A stretch of DNA of 64,000 nt from Bacteriovoracia bacterium (lineage in GTDB: Bacteria > Bdellovibrionota > UBA1018 > CAIPTA01): positions 1,536,001 to 1,600,000 of the forward strand of contig JBFWVL010000001.1 of assembly GCA_050246755.1 (NCBI GenBank), given 5' to 3'. Every line of letters begins with the position of its first letter. Position 1 is the first letter of the stretch. This document shows positions 12,493 to 22,934 of this stretch, one piece after another. The position numbers and the translations under genes are program-made. The notes beneath the pieces were generated by a model that saw only the letters and a program-made list of their open reading frames with translations, had not been told where the DNA came from and made no database searches.

Positions 12493-15021
12493 ATGAGGGA
12501 CAAAAAGAAGAGTGAAGCAGGAGCTAAGATCGTAGTGCCGATGCTGCCGTTGCGTGAAGTGATCATCTTCCCGCACATGGTAGTGCCGCTTTTCGTTGGA
12601 CGCGAAAAATCCATCGCCGCTCTAGAAGCCGCGATCACACATAAACTGGACCTCTTCCTCTGCGCCCAAAAAGACGCCGGAGTGGTGAACCCGAATGAGG
12701 GAGATCTCTATGAGATCGGAACTCTCGGCACAATTATCCAGCTCGTGAAGCTGCCCGACAATACCGTGAAGGTGTTGGTAGAAGGCAAGCGCCGCGCAAA
12801 AATCTCTGATTACGTGAACAATGATCAGTTCATCCAAGTAGAAGTGAAAGAGCTTCGCGATGATGACGAAGATCCGGTTCGCCAGGAGGCTCTTCTCCGC
12901 GGCGTAAAAAATACTTTTGAAGAATATGTGAAGTTCAATAAGCGCATTCCGCCCGAAGTGGTAATGAATATCAACGGCATCCAGGAGCCCTCACGCCTGG
13001 CCGACGTGGTAGTGGCCCACCTCACGCTGAAGATCGAAGAAAAGCAGCGAATTCTCGAGATCATCAATACCGCCGAACGCTTAGAGCGCATTCTTTCCCT
13101 CATGCAGGGCGAGATCGAAATCCTCCAAGTGGAGCGTAAGATCCGTTCGCGCGTGAAAAAGCAGATGGAGCGCAACCAGAAGGAGTACTACCTCAACGAG
13201 CAGATGAGCGCGATTCAGAAAGAGCTCGGCGAGAAGGACGAATTCAAGGTAGAGCTGGCCGAGATCGAGAAGAAGATCGAGACCAAAAAGCTATCGCGTG
13301 AAGCTCGCGATAAGATCAATAAAGAGTTCCGCAAGCTCAAGATGATGAGCCCTATGAGTGCCGAGGCCACCGTGGTCCGGAACTATATCGACTGGATCCT
13401 CACGCTGCCTTGGGGAGAGTACTCAGAGGATAACTGGGATCTCGATCGTGCCGACGAGGTTCTAAAAGAAGATCACTACGGCCTCGAGGAAGTGCGCGAG
13501 CGCATCCTGGAATATCTCTCGGTTCGTACCCTTACCAAAAACTCGAAAGGTTCGATCCTTTGCTTGGCCGGCCCTCCCGGCGTGGGAAAAACCTCGCTCG
13601 CTCGCTCCATCGCCAGGGCGGTGGGCAAGAATTTTGTCCGTGCCTCTTTGGGCGGAGTGAGAGACGAAGCCGAGATTCGCGGCCACCGCCGTACCTACGT
13701 GGGAGCATTGCCCGGTAAGCTGATCCAGTCCTTGAAAAAAGCCGGAACGGCGAATCCCGTATTTCTCCTCGATGAGATCGATAAAATGAGCAACGATTTC
13801 CGTGGCGATCCCGCCTCGGCGCTGCTCGAAGTTCTCGATCCTGAGCAGAACGCCGCTTTTATGGACCATTACCTCGAAGTGGAGTTCGACCTTTCGAAAG
13901 TAATGTTCGTGCTTACGGCGAACTCGCTCCACCAGATCCCGCGGCCGCTTCTCGACCGTATGGAAGTGATCACGATTCCTGGCTACACCATGAACGAGAA
14001 GCTCCACATTGGGCAGAAGTACCTACTGCCCAAGCAAGTTGAGCTCCACGGGCTTGGCAAGGGTCAGCTGGTTATTCCGGACGACACCATGAAATCTCTC
14101 GTGATGGGTTATACTCGCGAAGCCGGTGTCCGTAACCTCGAGCGTGAGCTTGCCGGTGTTTGCCGTAAGGTTGCGCATGAACTAGTGCGCAAAATGGGCA
14201 AGGCGGGTCAAGTGAGTAGCCTCAAGGAATCCGGCAAAGATAAGAAAAAGAAGAGCAGCAAAGCGGCCGACGTTGCCAGCGAAAAGGTGATTGTTACCGA
14301 AAAGATGCTCGAAAAATACTTGGGCGTGGCTCGTTACTCGATCTCGAAAACGGAAGAAATTGCCGAAATCGGATTGGCGAACGGATTGGCTTGGACGGAA
14401 TCGGGCGGCGATCTCTTGCAGATCGAAGTGGCGGTTCTTCCCGGCAAAGGCAGCCTGAAGGTTACGGGTAAGCTCGGCGACGTGATGCAGGAGTCTGCCC
14501 AGGCGGCTTTCTCCTACGTGCGCTCCCGTGCGGCTCTGATCGGGCTGGCTCCGGATTTTCACGATAAGATCGATATCCATTTGCACGTACCGGAAGGTGC
14601 GACGCCTAAGGATGGGCCTTCGGCGGGAATTACGATGGCGACAGCCCTTACTTCAGCCTTCATGCGCGTGCCGGTAAAACGGAACGTGGCCATGACGGGG
14701 GAGATAACCCTGCGCGGAAGAGTTCTGCCGATCGGTGGCTTGAAAGAAAAGCTCATCGCGGCGAAGCTCGGCGGCGCAAACGTGATCATCATCCCGAAAG
14801 AGAACGAGAAGGATCTGGCCAAGATGTCGAAAGAAATCCTAGATGGCCTCGAGATCCATCCCGTAACTCACGCCGATGAGGTGCTCCGTTTGGCTCTCGA
14901 AGTGCCGGACGCGAAGAACTTCATGAAACCCAAAGACGTGATTGAAGCCGAAGCCGCTCAAGCGAAAGAACTGGCTAAAAAAAAGAGCGGACAGGGCGGA
15001 GTACCGAGCGTAGCTCACTAG
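12493..15021 (+). CDS. lon: ATP-dependent protease La
   Basis: [26 protein letters not shown] catalytic Ser, IGGLKEK. Confidence 0.98.
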   Translation: MRDKKKSEAGAKIVVPMLPLREVIIFPHMVVPLFVGREKSIAALEAAITHKLDLFLCAQKDAGVVNPNEGDLYEIGTLGTIIQLVKLPDNTVKVLVEGKRRAKISDYVNNDQFIQVEVKELRDDDEDPVRQEALLRGVKNTFEEYVKFNKRIPPEVVMNINGIQEPSRLADVVVAHLTLKIEEKQRILEIINTAERLERILSLMQGEIEILQVERKIRSRVKKQMERNQKEYYLNEQMSAIQKELGEKDEFKVELAEIEKKIETKKLSREARDKINKEFRKLKMMSPMSAEATVVRNYIDWILTLPWGEYSEDNWDLDRADEVLKEDHYGLEEVRERILEYLSVRTLTKNSKGSILCLAGPPGVGKTSLARSIARAVGKNFVRASLGGVRDEAEIRGHRRTYVGALPGKLIQSLKKAGTANPVFLLDEIDKMSNDFRGDPASALLEVLDPEQNAAFMDHYLEVEFDLSKVMFVLTANSLHQIPRPLLDRMEVITIPGYTMNEKLHIGQKYLLPKQVELHGLGKGQLVIPDDTMKSLVMGYTREAGVRNLERELAGVCRKVAHELVRKMGKAGQVSSLKESGKDKKKKSSKAADVASEKVIVTEKMLEKYLGVARYSISKTEEIAEIGLANGLAWTESGGDLLQIEVAVLPGKGSLKVTGKLGDVMQESAQAAFSYVRSRAALIGLAPDFHDKIDIHLHVPEGATPKDGPSAGITMATALTSAFMRVPVKRNVAMTGEITLRGRVLPIGGLKEKLIAAKLGGANVIIIPKENEKDLAKMSKEILDGLEIHPVTHADEVLRLALEVPDAKNFMKPKDVIEAEAAQAKELAKKKSGQGGVPSVAH

Positions 15022-15059
15022 AAACCGGAGAGTCTCCGGGCTCGAGTACTTAAAAATAG

Positions 15060-15091
15060 AAAAGGCAGGGTGAAAACCCTGCCTTTTTTTT
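15060..15091 (+). terminator. rho-independent terminator after lon
   Basis: AAAAGGCAGGGT-GAAA-ACCCTGCCTTTT followed by a T run. Confidence 0.9.
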
Positions 15092-15115
15092 GGTAAGTAA
15101 GAGAGCAGTACAAAA

Positions 15116-17200
15116 ATGATTTTAACCACCATCCTACTGACCTCCCTCCAAGTGATAGGCAACCCTGTGCTGGCGCTGGTGCTTGGGCAGTCGGGTCTAG
15201 TCCCTCTCCTGATTCTCCTGGCCTCCTACCTTGGAATGGCGGCCGGGGCGGGAAAGTATTTTCCGGCTCCTAACAAATACCTATTTTTGATTCTTGGGCT
15301 AAGTGTGATCGGGGTAGGGATGATTCTCGCCTTCGACGGCACCCTTTTCTTCCGCGCGGGAATTTCCTATTTGGTGGCCGCGCTGTTTTTCCTCGTAACC
15401 GCCGTGGCCGGCTGGCTTTTGCGGGGTGAATTATACGACAGAAATACGGGCCTTTCCTTTTCGCAGAAATATTCACTCTTGAATTTCTGCGGGGCCGCGA
15501 CCATATTACTCGCCACGATTTCCGTTCACTATTTAGGGATCGCTTGGAATCTTTTAGCGCTGGGGTTATTCCTCGCCGCCAATTTTTTCCGGAATTTCGA
15601 AAAATCGACTTCGCAACCAGAGAAACGAAATACCGAGTTAGGGAAAACCATACTTCTCGGGGCGATGAGCGCCGGATATCTGGTGGTATTTTTCCAATTT
15701 TCCGAAGCCGCCTCGATTCGCTACGGCTACGGGTATTATGTCTATCTTTTTGCAACCTTCCTGTTCCTGGGTCTATCGCGTCCCTTACTCAGGGGTTCCG
15801 AGTTTTTGAAAATTCGTTTTCCCTCTCTGCTGTTCGTGCAGCTGGGATTCCTCCTCCTCGCATTGCTATTGATTCTTTTGGCGGGCACTCGGAATCTCGT
15901 GGGACCCTTGGTAGATCCCATCTGGGTTTATTCTTTGCTTCCGGCTCCTCTGCGGCACCACGTGTTCTTGTCCTCGGCCCTCTTGCTGCTTCTTCTCGCG
16001 CCCTACTTATTTTTCGCCGCGATCGTGCCGGCTAGAGAAAAAGAGGCTCCCGGGCACAACCATCTCTTTGCCTGCTTGGCGGGTAATCTCATCGGTTTGA
16101 TTCTGTTCCAGTGCGCGGCGATGGCCTTCGGCTACTGGATGCTCGTATTTTTGGTGGCCACGATCCTGTTACTCTACACGCGCTATTTCTATCGAGCGGA
16201 ACGAAGGTACGTATTCGGCAGTCGAGTTCTTTTCTTGCCGCTCGTGCTGATGCCTTTCGCGGTGGAAAGGGGCGTGGCCGTTTTGAACCTCCGGCTTTGG
16301 CCCATTTACTGGAACGCGGGCATGAAGAGCGACGAATATATTGCGGGCTACCTAAAGAATATTCCCGAATCGAATACCTTGATCAACTATGAGAATAACT
16401 ATCGGGGTATCCCCACCATAATCGCGACGCAGGCCGGAAAAACGTTCTTATCGCTGGGAGGCTATACTTCCTTTCTTTCTTCGGCAGGCGACGAAAAGAA
16501 AGGCGATCTCGTAGCGGACTACGCCATGAGGGCGAGACCGCGCAAAATCCTCCTTCTTGGGCTGGGTAATCATATCGTGCTCGCTCGAACCGTGAGTGCC
16601 ATGCAGAAGCATAAGTTGCCCTACGAGATCTCGGTGGTGGATAACTACCTGCCGTTTAGGGAGGAAGGAATCAGGAAAGTGGTAGGTGGGGGAAATGGAT
16701 TTTCCTGGAATGATCCGGCGGTAAGTTTTATTTCGGCCGATGCCGTGAACTATCTGGCGGAAAATAGAGGCGCCTTCGATCTGGTGATTTGGAACTTAGC
16801 CTATTCCGCGCACCCCTCCGGAATGAAGTTATTCACCCGAGAATTTTCGGCCCTAATTCGCGACTCGCTAAAAAGCGGAGGAGCATTCGTTGGGCAGATC
16901 AATGGAATTTCCGCCCTCGACTGTGCCGTGTTTCATTCTTTTCCGAGGGTGCACGCATTTTCTTTCGGAGATTTTCCTCCGCCCGCGATTGCGAGCAAAT
17001 CGGGCAATGCAATCGGCCACCTTCCCGATGTGAGCCTGGTTGATCTGTCGAGCTGCGCTGATTCCTCGCCCCTGACTTTCAGCAGCGTTCACGAGACGTT
17101 CCAGCCCGATCATTTCGAAGAAATGCGCAGGACTTTTGCGCGCCTGCGCTGTCCGATCGAGCAATACTTGGATGCCAAGAAGACGGCGGAGCTCTATTGA
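15116..17200 (+). CDS. polytopic membrane protein fused to a spermidine-synthase-like SAM-binding domain
   Basis: About 12 TM segments, then KILLLGLG, ISVVD, FISADAVNYL, FDLVIWN, LFTREF..L...LKSGG. Confidence 0.7.
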   Translation: MILTTILLTSLQVIGNPVLALVLGQSGLVPLLILLASYLGMAAGAGKYFPAPNKYLFLILGLSVIGVGMILAFDGTLFFRAGISYLVAALFFLVTAVAGWLLRGELYDRNTGLSFSQKYSLLNFCGAATILLATISVHYLGIAWNLLALGLFLAANFFRNFEKSTSQPEKRNTELGKTILLGAMSAGYLVVFFQFSEAASIRYGYGYYVYLFATFLFLGLSRPLLRGSEFLKIRFPSLLFVQLGFLLLALLLILLAGTRNLVGPLVDPIWVYSLLPAPLRHHVFLSSALLLLLLAPYLFFAAIVPAREKEAPGHNHLFACLAGNLIGLILFQCAAMAFGYWMLVFLVATILLLYTRYFYRAERRYVFGSRVLFLPLVLMPFAVERGVAVLNLRLWPIYWNAGMKSDEYIAGYLKNIPESNTLINYENNYRGIPTIIATQAGKTFLSLGGYTSFLSSAGDEKKGDLVADYAMRARPRKILLLGLGNHIVLARTVSAMQKHKLPYEISVVDNYLPFREEGIRKVVGGGNGFSWNDPAVSFISADAVNYLAENRGAFDLVIWNLAYSAHPSGMKLFTREFSALIRDSLKSGGAFVGQINGISALDCAVFHSFPRVHAFSFGDFPPPAIASKSGNAIGHLPDVSLVDLSSCADSSPLTFSSVHETFQPDHFEEMRRTFARLRCPIEQYLDAKKTAELY

Positions 17201-18327
17201 GTGATGCTTTTCATCCTGTTTCTCAGTCTTTTGGTATTAGCCTCGGTGGCTAGAGAAAATAAATGGCCGCAAGCGATGGTGAATAAGAAAATGAAGGTCG
17301 CCACGATCAGATTAGGCAAGCTCGGCGAGAACTTTTCGATGGGTGAAATCAGCGCGCGGATAAAAACTAAAATCGGCAGGTGCACCACGTAAAGCGAGAA
17401 AGAAAAACCGGCAATGAGCCGCGCGAATCTTGTATATGCCGCTGGTAAGGTTTGGTTATCGAGCATAATGAGGCCGAGCACCAGTGCCCACGTAAAGAAT
17501 CCGGTGATGAAATCTGCATTGAATTCCCCGATGCGCGGGTACAGGGGCCTAATTGCGAAGATTCCCAGGCTAAATAGAGAAATAAGTCTCAGGCCAAGCG
17601 ACTTCCTTCCTAGAATCCAAGATCTAGTGGAGAGGACGAGCGCCAGCACGCCGAGCAACCAGATGGCGAATCTGGCGAGAATCAGGTTATGAAAAATATA
17701 ATTGTATGCCCAAAGCAAGAAAGCAGCTGACAACAGTTTGGGCAGAATTTTTTTGCGAAAAAATAACACGAGCAGAGCTCCAAAAACGGCGTAGTACCAA
17801 AATTCGTAGGTAAGGCTCCAGAGCGCAGAATTGGAGCCAAAGATCGAGCTGCGAATCCCCTGAAGAAATAGCAGAGTGCCGATAAAGCCGTTCCAGCCAT
17901 ATTGCTCGGCGATCACGAAGCCATAGAACTGCTCCATTGGAGCATAATAAAAAGGAGCGGTGCGAGGGATGTTCATGCCCGCGTAGTCGAGGATCGCGGT
18001 GAGAAGGAGCCCGGGGATCACCACAATATAGAGACGGCTGAGGCGCCGCGCGGCGAAGTGAACGATCGAGAATTCGACGAGGGGCCCCCGGCTCACGCTC
18101 GCGGCAATCCAAAAGCCACTCAGTACGAAGAATACGATTACGGCGATATGGCCGAAAGAGGACAAATAGTAGAAAAACGTCAAAAAAAGCCCGGGATGCT
18201 CCAGGCTCTCGAAGGGCGGGAAAAATAGATAACGGAGGTGGCCGGCCACCACCAAGATGGAAGCGAGTCCTCTCAGGAAGTCCAGATGAACCGATGTGGA
18301 GAAGGGTAATTTCACTTTACTGGCCAC
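17194..18327 (-). CDS. acyltransferase family 3 (OafA-like)
   Basis: LDFLRGLASILVVAGH, VFFVLSGF, RRLSRLY, WSLTYEFWYY, SFSLYVVHLP. Confidence 0.92.
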   Translation of the reverse strand: MASKVKLPFSTSVHLDFLRGLASILVVAGHLRYLFFPPFESLEHPGLFLTFFYYLSSFGHIAVIVFFVLSGFWIAASVSRGPLVEFSIVHFAARRLSRLYIVVIPGLLLTAILDYAGMNIPRTAPFYYAPMEQFYGFVIAEQYGWNGFIGTLLFLQGIRSSIFGSNSALWSLTYEFWYYAVFGALLVLFFRKKILPKLLSAAFLLWAYNYIFHNLILARFAIWLLGVLALVLSTRSWILGRKSLGLRLISLFSLGIFAIRPLYPRIGEFNADFITGFFTWALVLGLIMLDNQTLPAAYTRFARLIAGFSFSLYVVHLPILVFIRALISPIEKFSPSLPNLIVATFIFLFTIACGHLFSLATEANTKRLRNRMKSITQ

Positions 18328-18352
18328 TGCTAACCAACAACGGCCAACCGAA

Positions 18353-20152
18353 CTAGGGGTTCTTTAGCTTACGTTTACGAATTCTCACGTGCTTTGGCGT
18401 TACTTCTACGATTTCGTCATCGCCGATCCATTCGAGCGAGCGCTCGAGGGTCATATCCCGGGGAGTGGAAAGCGTGGTGGCTTCGTCGGTTCCGGAAGCG
18501 CGCATGTTCGTGAGCTTCTTCGTCTTGTTGGCGTTCACCCAGAGATCGTTGGCCCGGGCGTTTTCCCCGATGATCATGCCTTCGTAGGTCTCCGTGCCAG
18601 CACCGATAAATAGCGTACCGCGAGGCTGGAGATGAAAGAGGCCATAGGGAGCCGTCATGCCGCTGGCGTCGGCCACGATGGCGCCGTTCTGACGTTCCGG
18701 GATATCGCCCTTATAGGGCTCGTAGCCGTGGAAAATCGTGTTCAGGATTCCCGTGCCGCGCGTGGCGGTGAGGAAGTGTGAACGAATGCCGATGAGCCCG
18801 CGAGACGGGATTTCGTATTCAATGCGAACGCGGCCCGAGCCTTTGTTCACCATATTGATCATTTTGCCTTTGCGCACGCACATCATTTCGTTCACGACGC
18901 CGAAGTGATCTTCCGGAACGTCGATATAGGCCTTCTCGATCGGCTCGAGCACTTCGCCATTTTCTTTTTTTAATACGGCCTTGGGTTTGCCCACGGCCAC
19001 TTCGAAGCCCTCACGGCGAATGGCCTCCACGATCACGGCCAGCTGAAGCTCGCCGCGGCCGGATACCAAAAATTCGTCTGGGTAAGCGGTGGGTTCCACG
19101 CGGATGGCGGGATTGCGGAGCTCTTCTTTTTTTAGTCGATTCAATAGCTCACGAGAGAGCAGAACTTTGCCCTCGCGGCCAGCCATAGGGGAGGAGTTCA
19201 CCAGGAAGCCCATGTTTACGGCCGGGGGATCTACTTCGATCCGGGGAAGTGCGGTCATGTTTTCGAGGGTGGTGATCGTATCGCCGATCTCTACGGCTTC
19301 CACGCCGGCGATAGCGGCCACGTCTCCGGCCAGCATCACTTCAGCCTTTACTTGCTTTGCGCCTTGGTAGGTCATGAGTTCTTGGATGCGCGCGGTGGTG
19401 CGCTTGCCGTTTTTGCCGAGGATGGCTACGGGCATACCTACTTTTACCGAACCCTGTTGGATGCGGCCTACTACGATACGGCCCAAGAAGTCAGAGTGGG
19501 AAAGGTTGCTCACCACCATCGCGAAGGGCTTATCGTTATCCACTTTTGGAGCGGGTACCACTCGCACGATAGTATCGAAAAGAGGTTCGAGATTGCCGGT
19601 CCAGGAAAGAGCTTCGGTATGATTTTCCGGGCGTTTCGTGGTGGCAAAGCCGTTACGAGCGATCGCGTATATGGTTTCGTAATTCATTTGGTCTTCAACG
19701 GCATCGAGGTCGATGAAAAGATCGAAGATCTCGTTTTCTACTTCGCCAATCCGGGAGTCGGGACGGTCGATTTTGTTGATAACCACGATTACTTTAAGGC
19801 CCTTTTCGAGGGCTTTGTTTAGTACGAAGCGGGTTTGGGGCAGGGGGCCCTCGGAAGCGTCCACGAGGAGGAGGCAGCCGTCGCACATCGTAAGAATCCG
19901 CTCTACTTCTCCGCCGAAATCGGCGTGGCCGGGCGTGTCAACGATGTTTACCTTCGTTCCCTTCCAAGTAAAGGAAGCATTTTTGGCCTCAATCGTGATC
20001 CCACGTTCTTTTTCCTGGTCCATAGAGTCCATAAGGCGCTCTGCGACGGCTTCGTTCTCACGAAATACGCCGGACTGCTTAAGCAGTGCGTCTACGAGGG
20101 TAGTTTTGCCATGGTCTACGTGCGCGATGATCGCGATATTACGAATATTCAT
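18353..20152 (-). CDS. typA: translational GTPase TypA/BipA
   Basis: [53 protein letters not shown]. Confidence 0.97.
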   Translation of the reverse strand: MNIRNIAIIAHVDHGKTTLVDALLKQSGVFRENEAVAERLMDSMDQEKERGITIEAKNASFTWKGTKVNIVDTPGHADFGGEVERILTMCDGCLLLVDASEGPLPQTRFVLNKALEKGLKVIVVINKIDRPDSRIGEVENEIFDLFIDLDAVEDQMNYETIYAIARNGFATTKRPENHTEALSWTGNLEPLFDTIVRVVPAPKVDNDKPFAMVVSNLSHSDFLGRIVVGRIQQGSVKVGMPVAILGKNGKRTTARIQELMTYQGAKQVKAEVMLAGDVAAIAGVEAVEIGDTITTLENMTALPRIEVDPPAVNMGFLVNSSPMAGREGKVLLSRELLNRLKKEELRNPAIRVEPTAYPDEFLVSGRGELQLAVIVEAIRREGFEVAVGKPKAVLKKENGEVLEPIEKAYIDVPEDHFGVVNEMMCVRKGKMINMVNKGSGRVRIEYEIPSRGLIGIRSHFLTATRGTGILNTIFHGYEPYKGDIPERQNGAIVADASGMTAPYGLFHLQPRGTLFIGAGTETYEGMIIGENARANDLWVNANKTKKLTNMRASGTDEATTLSTPRDMTLERSLEWIGDDEIVEVTPKHVRIRKRKLKNP

Positions 20153-20263
20153 ATGAGGGTCCTAAAAAAAGTGGGTTCTAGGCTTATAGCGTCTTTTGCC
20201 CAGCAGAGCTACAAATGGTTGACGAGAAAGCGGTTTGATTGGTAACAAGACCAGACCAACCGA

Positions 20264-20339
20264 GGGCGCTTAGCTCAGTTGGCAGAGCGCCACCCTTACA
20301 AGGTGGATGTCGCAGGTTCGACCCCTGCAGCGCCCACCA
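20264..20339 (+). tRNA. tRNA-Val (anticodon TAC)
   Basis: 76-nt cloverleaf: GGGCGCT/AGCGCCC acceptor, GCTC/GAGC D stem, CCACC-CTTACAA-GGTGG anticodon arm, GCAGG-TTCGACC-CCTGC T arm, encoded CCA. Confidence 0.97.
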
Positions 20340-20629
20340 TACCAATACAATTCCCCCGATTACTTCGTTGCCTTACTCGCGCCCCGTTCCGGCGTACTAA
20401 AGTACGCCTCACGGTTGCGCTCCGTCGTCGCCTCGTCTCGGGGGAATTGTATTGGTATGGACCGAACATTTGTTGGGGTCGAAAAGGAGGAGCGACCTGC
20501 GGTGATATCGCGCGAGCGATTTCGCGAAGGGAAGAAAACCCGGAAGGTTTTCTTGGCGACGAAGGAGGGCCCGCGCAGGGAGAGGCAGGAGCCTCAACCG
20601 TAGTGGGCGACCCCTGCAGCGCCCACCAT
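20319..20629. repeat. 22-bp direct repeat of the tRNA 3' end bracketing a structured element
   Basis: CGACCCCTGCAGCGCCCACCAT at 20319-20340 and 20608-20629; perfect 23-bp inverted repeat 20337-20359 / 20438-20460. Confidence 0.9.
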
Positions 20630-20682
20630 CACCAAAGCCAGAGAACCTGGATTTGTTTCCACGGTAAGTGTAAAATTCAGCC

Positions 20683-21144
20683 ATGAGAAAAATTGCTATA
20701 GTTGGTCTTGGCTTAAATTTTTTCAGCCCATTTGCATTGGCAGATAATCATACTGTTCATTGTTTTATCGGTGTGGGTGCCAACGAAAATATGTCTGGGC
20801 AAATTAAAAATCTTTCGGGCACGGACAATGTTTATTTAGAAAAAAGCATCACTCCTCCGGATAAGGGAGAAGTAACGCTCACAAATAAAGATGAACGCTT
20901 TTCCTACTTTGTTAAATTTGCCAACGGCAAAGTAGATTATATGGCGCTGAGGGATGAAAAGGTTGGAATTAACGCCAGTAGAACTGGTGGTGCTGTAAAG
21001 GTGCCCAAAGACGAAGCTTTGGCTGTGATATTGCGGAAAGATTTGACTAGCAAAGCCGGAGAGAAAATCGAGTTCAGCCAATTAAGCTGTGCTGGGGAAT
21101 CGCTATTCAAAAAGATGCTGTCTAGAGCCAAGAAAAAAGAATAA
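20683..21144 (+). CDS. exported hypothetical protein
   Basis: Sec signal ending FALA|D; visibly more AT-rich than flanking core genes. Confidence 0.7.
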   Translation: MRKIAIVGLGLNFFSPFALADNHTVHCFIGVGANENMSGQIKNLSGTDNVYLEKSITPPDKGEVTLTNKDERFSYFVKFANGKVDYMALRDEKVGINASRTGGAVKVPKDEALAVILRKDLTSKAGEKIEFSQLSCAGESLFKKMLSRAKKKE

Positions 21145-21211
21145 AAGTTGGGAACAATTTTTATTACGAAATTCCGAATATTGAGCTGATCACAGCAGAA
21201 ATTTCGACGGG

Positions 21212-22299
21212 TGGCCTGATACCCAACGCTACCAGGGAGCCTTGAAGATACTCCGCGTCGGTTAGGCTGTGAACTTAGCGGCAAATTCATTCGGGGTTAG
21301 GTTCCCGAGTGAACTATGCGGCCGATCGCAGTTGTATTCTTCTCGCCACTCTTCGATTCGAACTTTAGCTTCCTGCAAATTTACAATCCATTGGCCGCGC
21401 AAGCATTCATCTCGAAACCTTCCGTTGAACGATTCGACGAACGCATTTTCTACTGGGTTTCCTGGGCGGATAAAATCTAGCTTGATCTCGTTTTGATGGG
21501 TGAAACTGTCGAGGTCTCTGCCGGTAAATTCTGGACCATAGTACGTTATCGATCACGACGGATCTGGGCTTCGCATTTCGGGTAAAGATAATTTTTTCTA
21601 GCACCTGAGCTACGCGAAGACGCTGGCAGCGAAGTATCGACCTCAATCGCTAAGCGCTCCCTCGTAAAATCATCCACGATGTTTAAGCAGCGAAATCTTC
21701 TTCCCGTAGGCCCGAGCTGATCGGACATGAAATTCATCGACCAGCGTTGGTTCGGGCCTTCGGGTGGTGCAATTGGCACTCGAGCCACAGAAACAAGCCG
21801 CTTTCGCTTTCTTACCTTTGAGAGAGAGTTTTTCCTCTCGGTAAATACGGTACACGAGCTTTCTGTTCGATTGAAAGCCATCTCGCCATAGTAGCACATG
21901 CGCCGTACCGCCTCCGATATTCCGCAAGCTCCTTGAGCCTTTTGCGAAGCCCCGGCGGTTCGCTCAAATTTCGCTGGCGGCGAAATGTGGAGCGCTCGAT
22001 CGACACAATTTTGTAGGCTCGGCGCTCCGTAATCTCGTGGGCGCGGATCGCGTGGCTAGTGGCCTCGAGAGCACGCAACTTCTTTACGTCGCCTAGCTCG
22101 AGGCCGCCGAGTTTTTTCTTCCAGTTGTAGATCGTGCCATGGCTTACGCCGTGCTTTCTCGAAACGTCTTTGATCGGCACGCCGCTATCGAGCTCGGCTA
22201 AAGCTTTTAGTTTTTGCTGTCTCCATGGCCCGTTCCGGAACCGTTTATGATGCGGAGCGACTTCAAGGGAAAAATGAAGGCGTTTCGGGTGTCAGGTCA
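21212..22299 (-). mobile_element. degenerate IS3-family insertion sequence
   Basis: Imperfect terminal IRs TGGCCTGATACCC..CCTTGAAG (21212) vs TGACCTGACACCC..CCTTGAAG (rc, 22299). OrfA HTH 'DVSRKHGVSHGTIYNWKKK' and rve fragments '[10 protein letters not shown]','[12 protein letters not shown]' are split across frames. Confidence 0.88.
21260..22226 (-). pseudogene. IS3 transposase orfA/orfB pseudogene (boundaries approximate)
   Basis: Fragments 21812..22180 and 21546..21899 plus a further downstream piece in other frames; the end of orfA is apparently deleted. Confidence 0.8.
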
Positions 22300-22493
22300 A
22301 TTTGTAGCCGCCAATTGACTTGCCGTGTCGGCCCTTCCGCAACAGAAGCGGGAGGCGAAGATGGTGGGGCGGCTGGTAGCCGCGAGCCGAGGGATGGGCG
22401 AGACTGTGCGAGCAGTGTGGAATCAAGCTAACGCCCAACAATTTGGACCGGTAAAATTTGCCCGCGGGGAAAAAATGTACTTATAATTGAGTA

Positions 22494-22934
22494 ATGAGAT
22501 CTGTTTGCTTAGCGCTAAGTTTAATTTTCTGCTCACAAGTTGAAGCAACGACCATGGTGGAGAGCGCCGGTAGAGCCAACCTAGAGGCGGTTAATTCTTG
22601 CCAAGTTCGCGCAAAGTACCTGGGCACCCAGGTGGCGCGTGAGTCATACCTGCGCAAGGGCGTCGCTGGAAGCGTCGACTTTGTTTGGTGGAATTTGGAT
22701 ATTTTTAAGAGCGTTGGCGCAAACTGCCCGACCAACGGGAATACGAAGATTCGCATTCGTAGTGCAGATTTTTCCGGATCGATTAAGTCTCCGAGCATTC
22801 GTTATCCTCTGGAACTTTCCTCGCCAGAGTTGGATTCCGTCATTAGTGCACAACTGCGCTGGGTGGCGGGAAAAGACTCTTTACTGAATCGTGACTATCA
22901 AGAATGGATTCTGGTATCCGTTGATGTGGAATAA
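22494..22934 (+). CDS. exported hypothetical protein
   Basis: Signal peptide ending VEA|T; overlaps the start of the next gene. Confidence 0.65.
   Translation: MRSVCLALSLIFCSQVEATTMVESAGRANLEAVNSCQVRAKYLGTQVARESYLRKGVAGSVDFVWWNLDIFKSVGANCPTNGNTKIRIRSADFSGSIKSPSIRYPLELSSPELDSVISAQLRWVAGKDSLLNRDYQEWILVSVDVE

Noticed and set aside
20608-20629. tRNA 3' duplicate as the att end of a large island
   Set aside because: Only 289 bp from the first copy and encloses no integrase; no further copy noticed
20279-20686. ORFs 20279..20686, 20307..20603 and 20409..20684
   Set aside because: Overlap the tRNA and hairpin element; no protein-like features
21212-22299. Active IS3 with programmed frameshift
   Set aside because: Multiple frame breaks, apparent internal deletion, degenerate IRs and no clear target-site duplication
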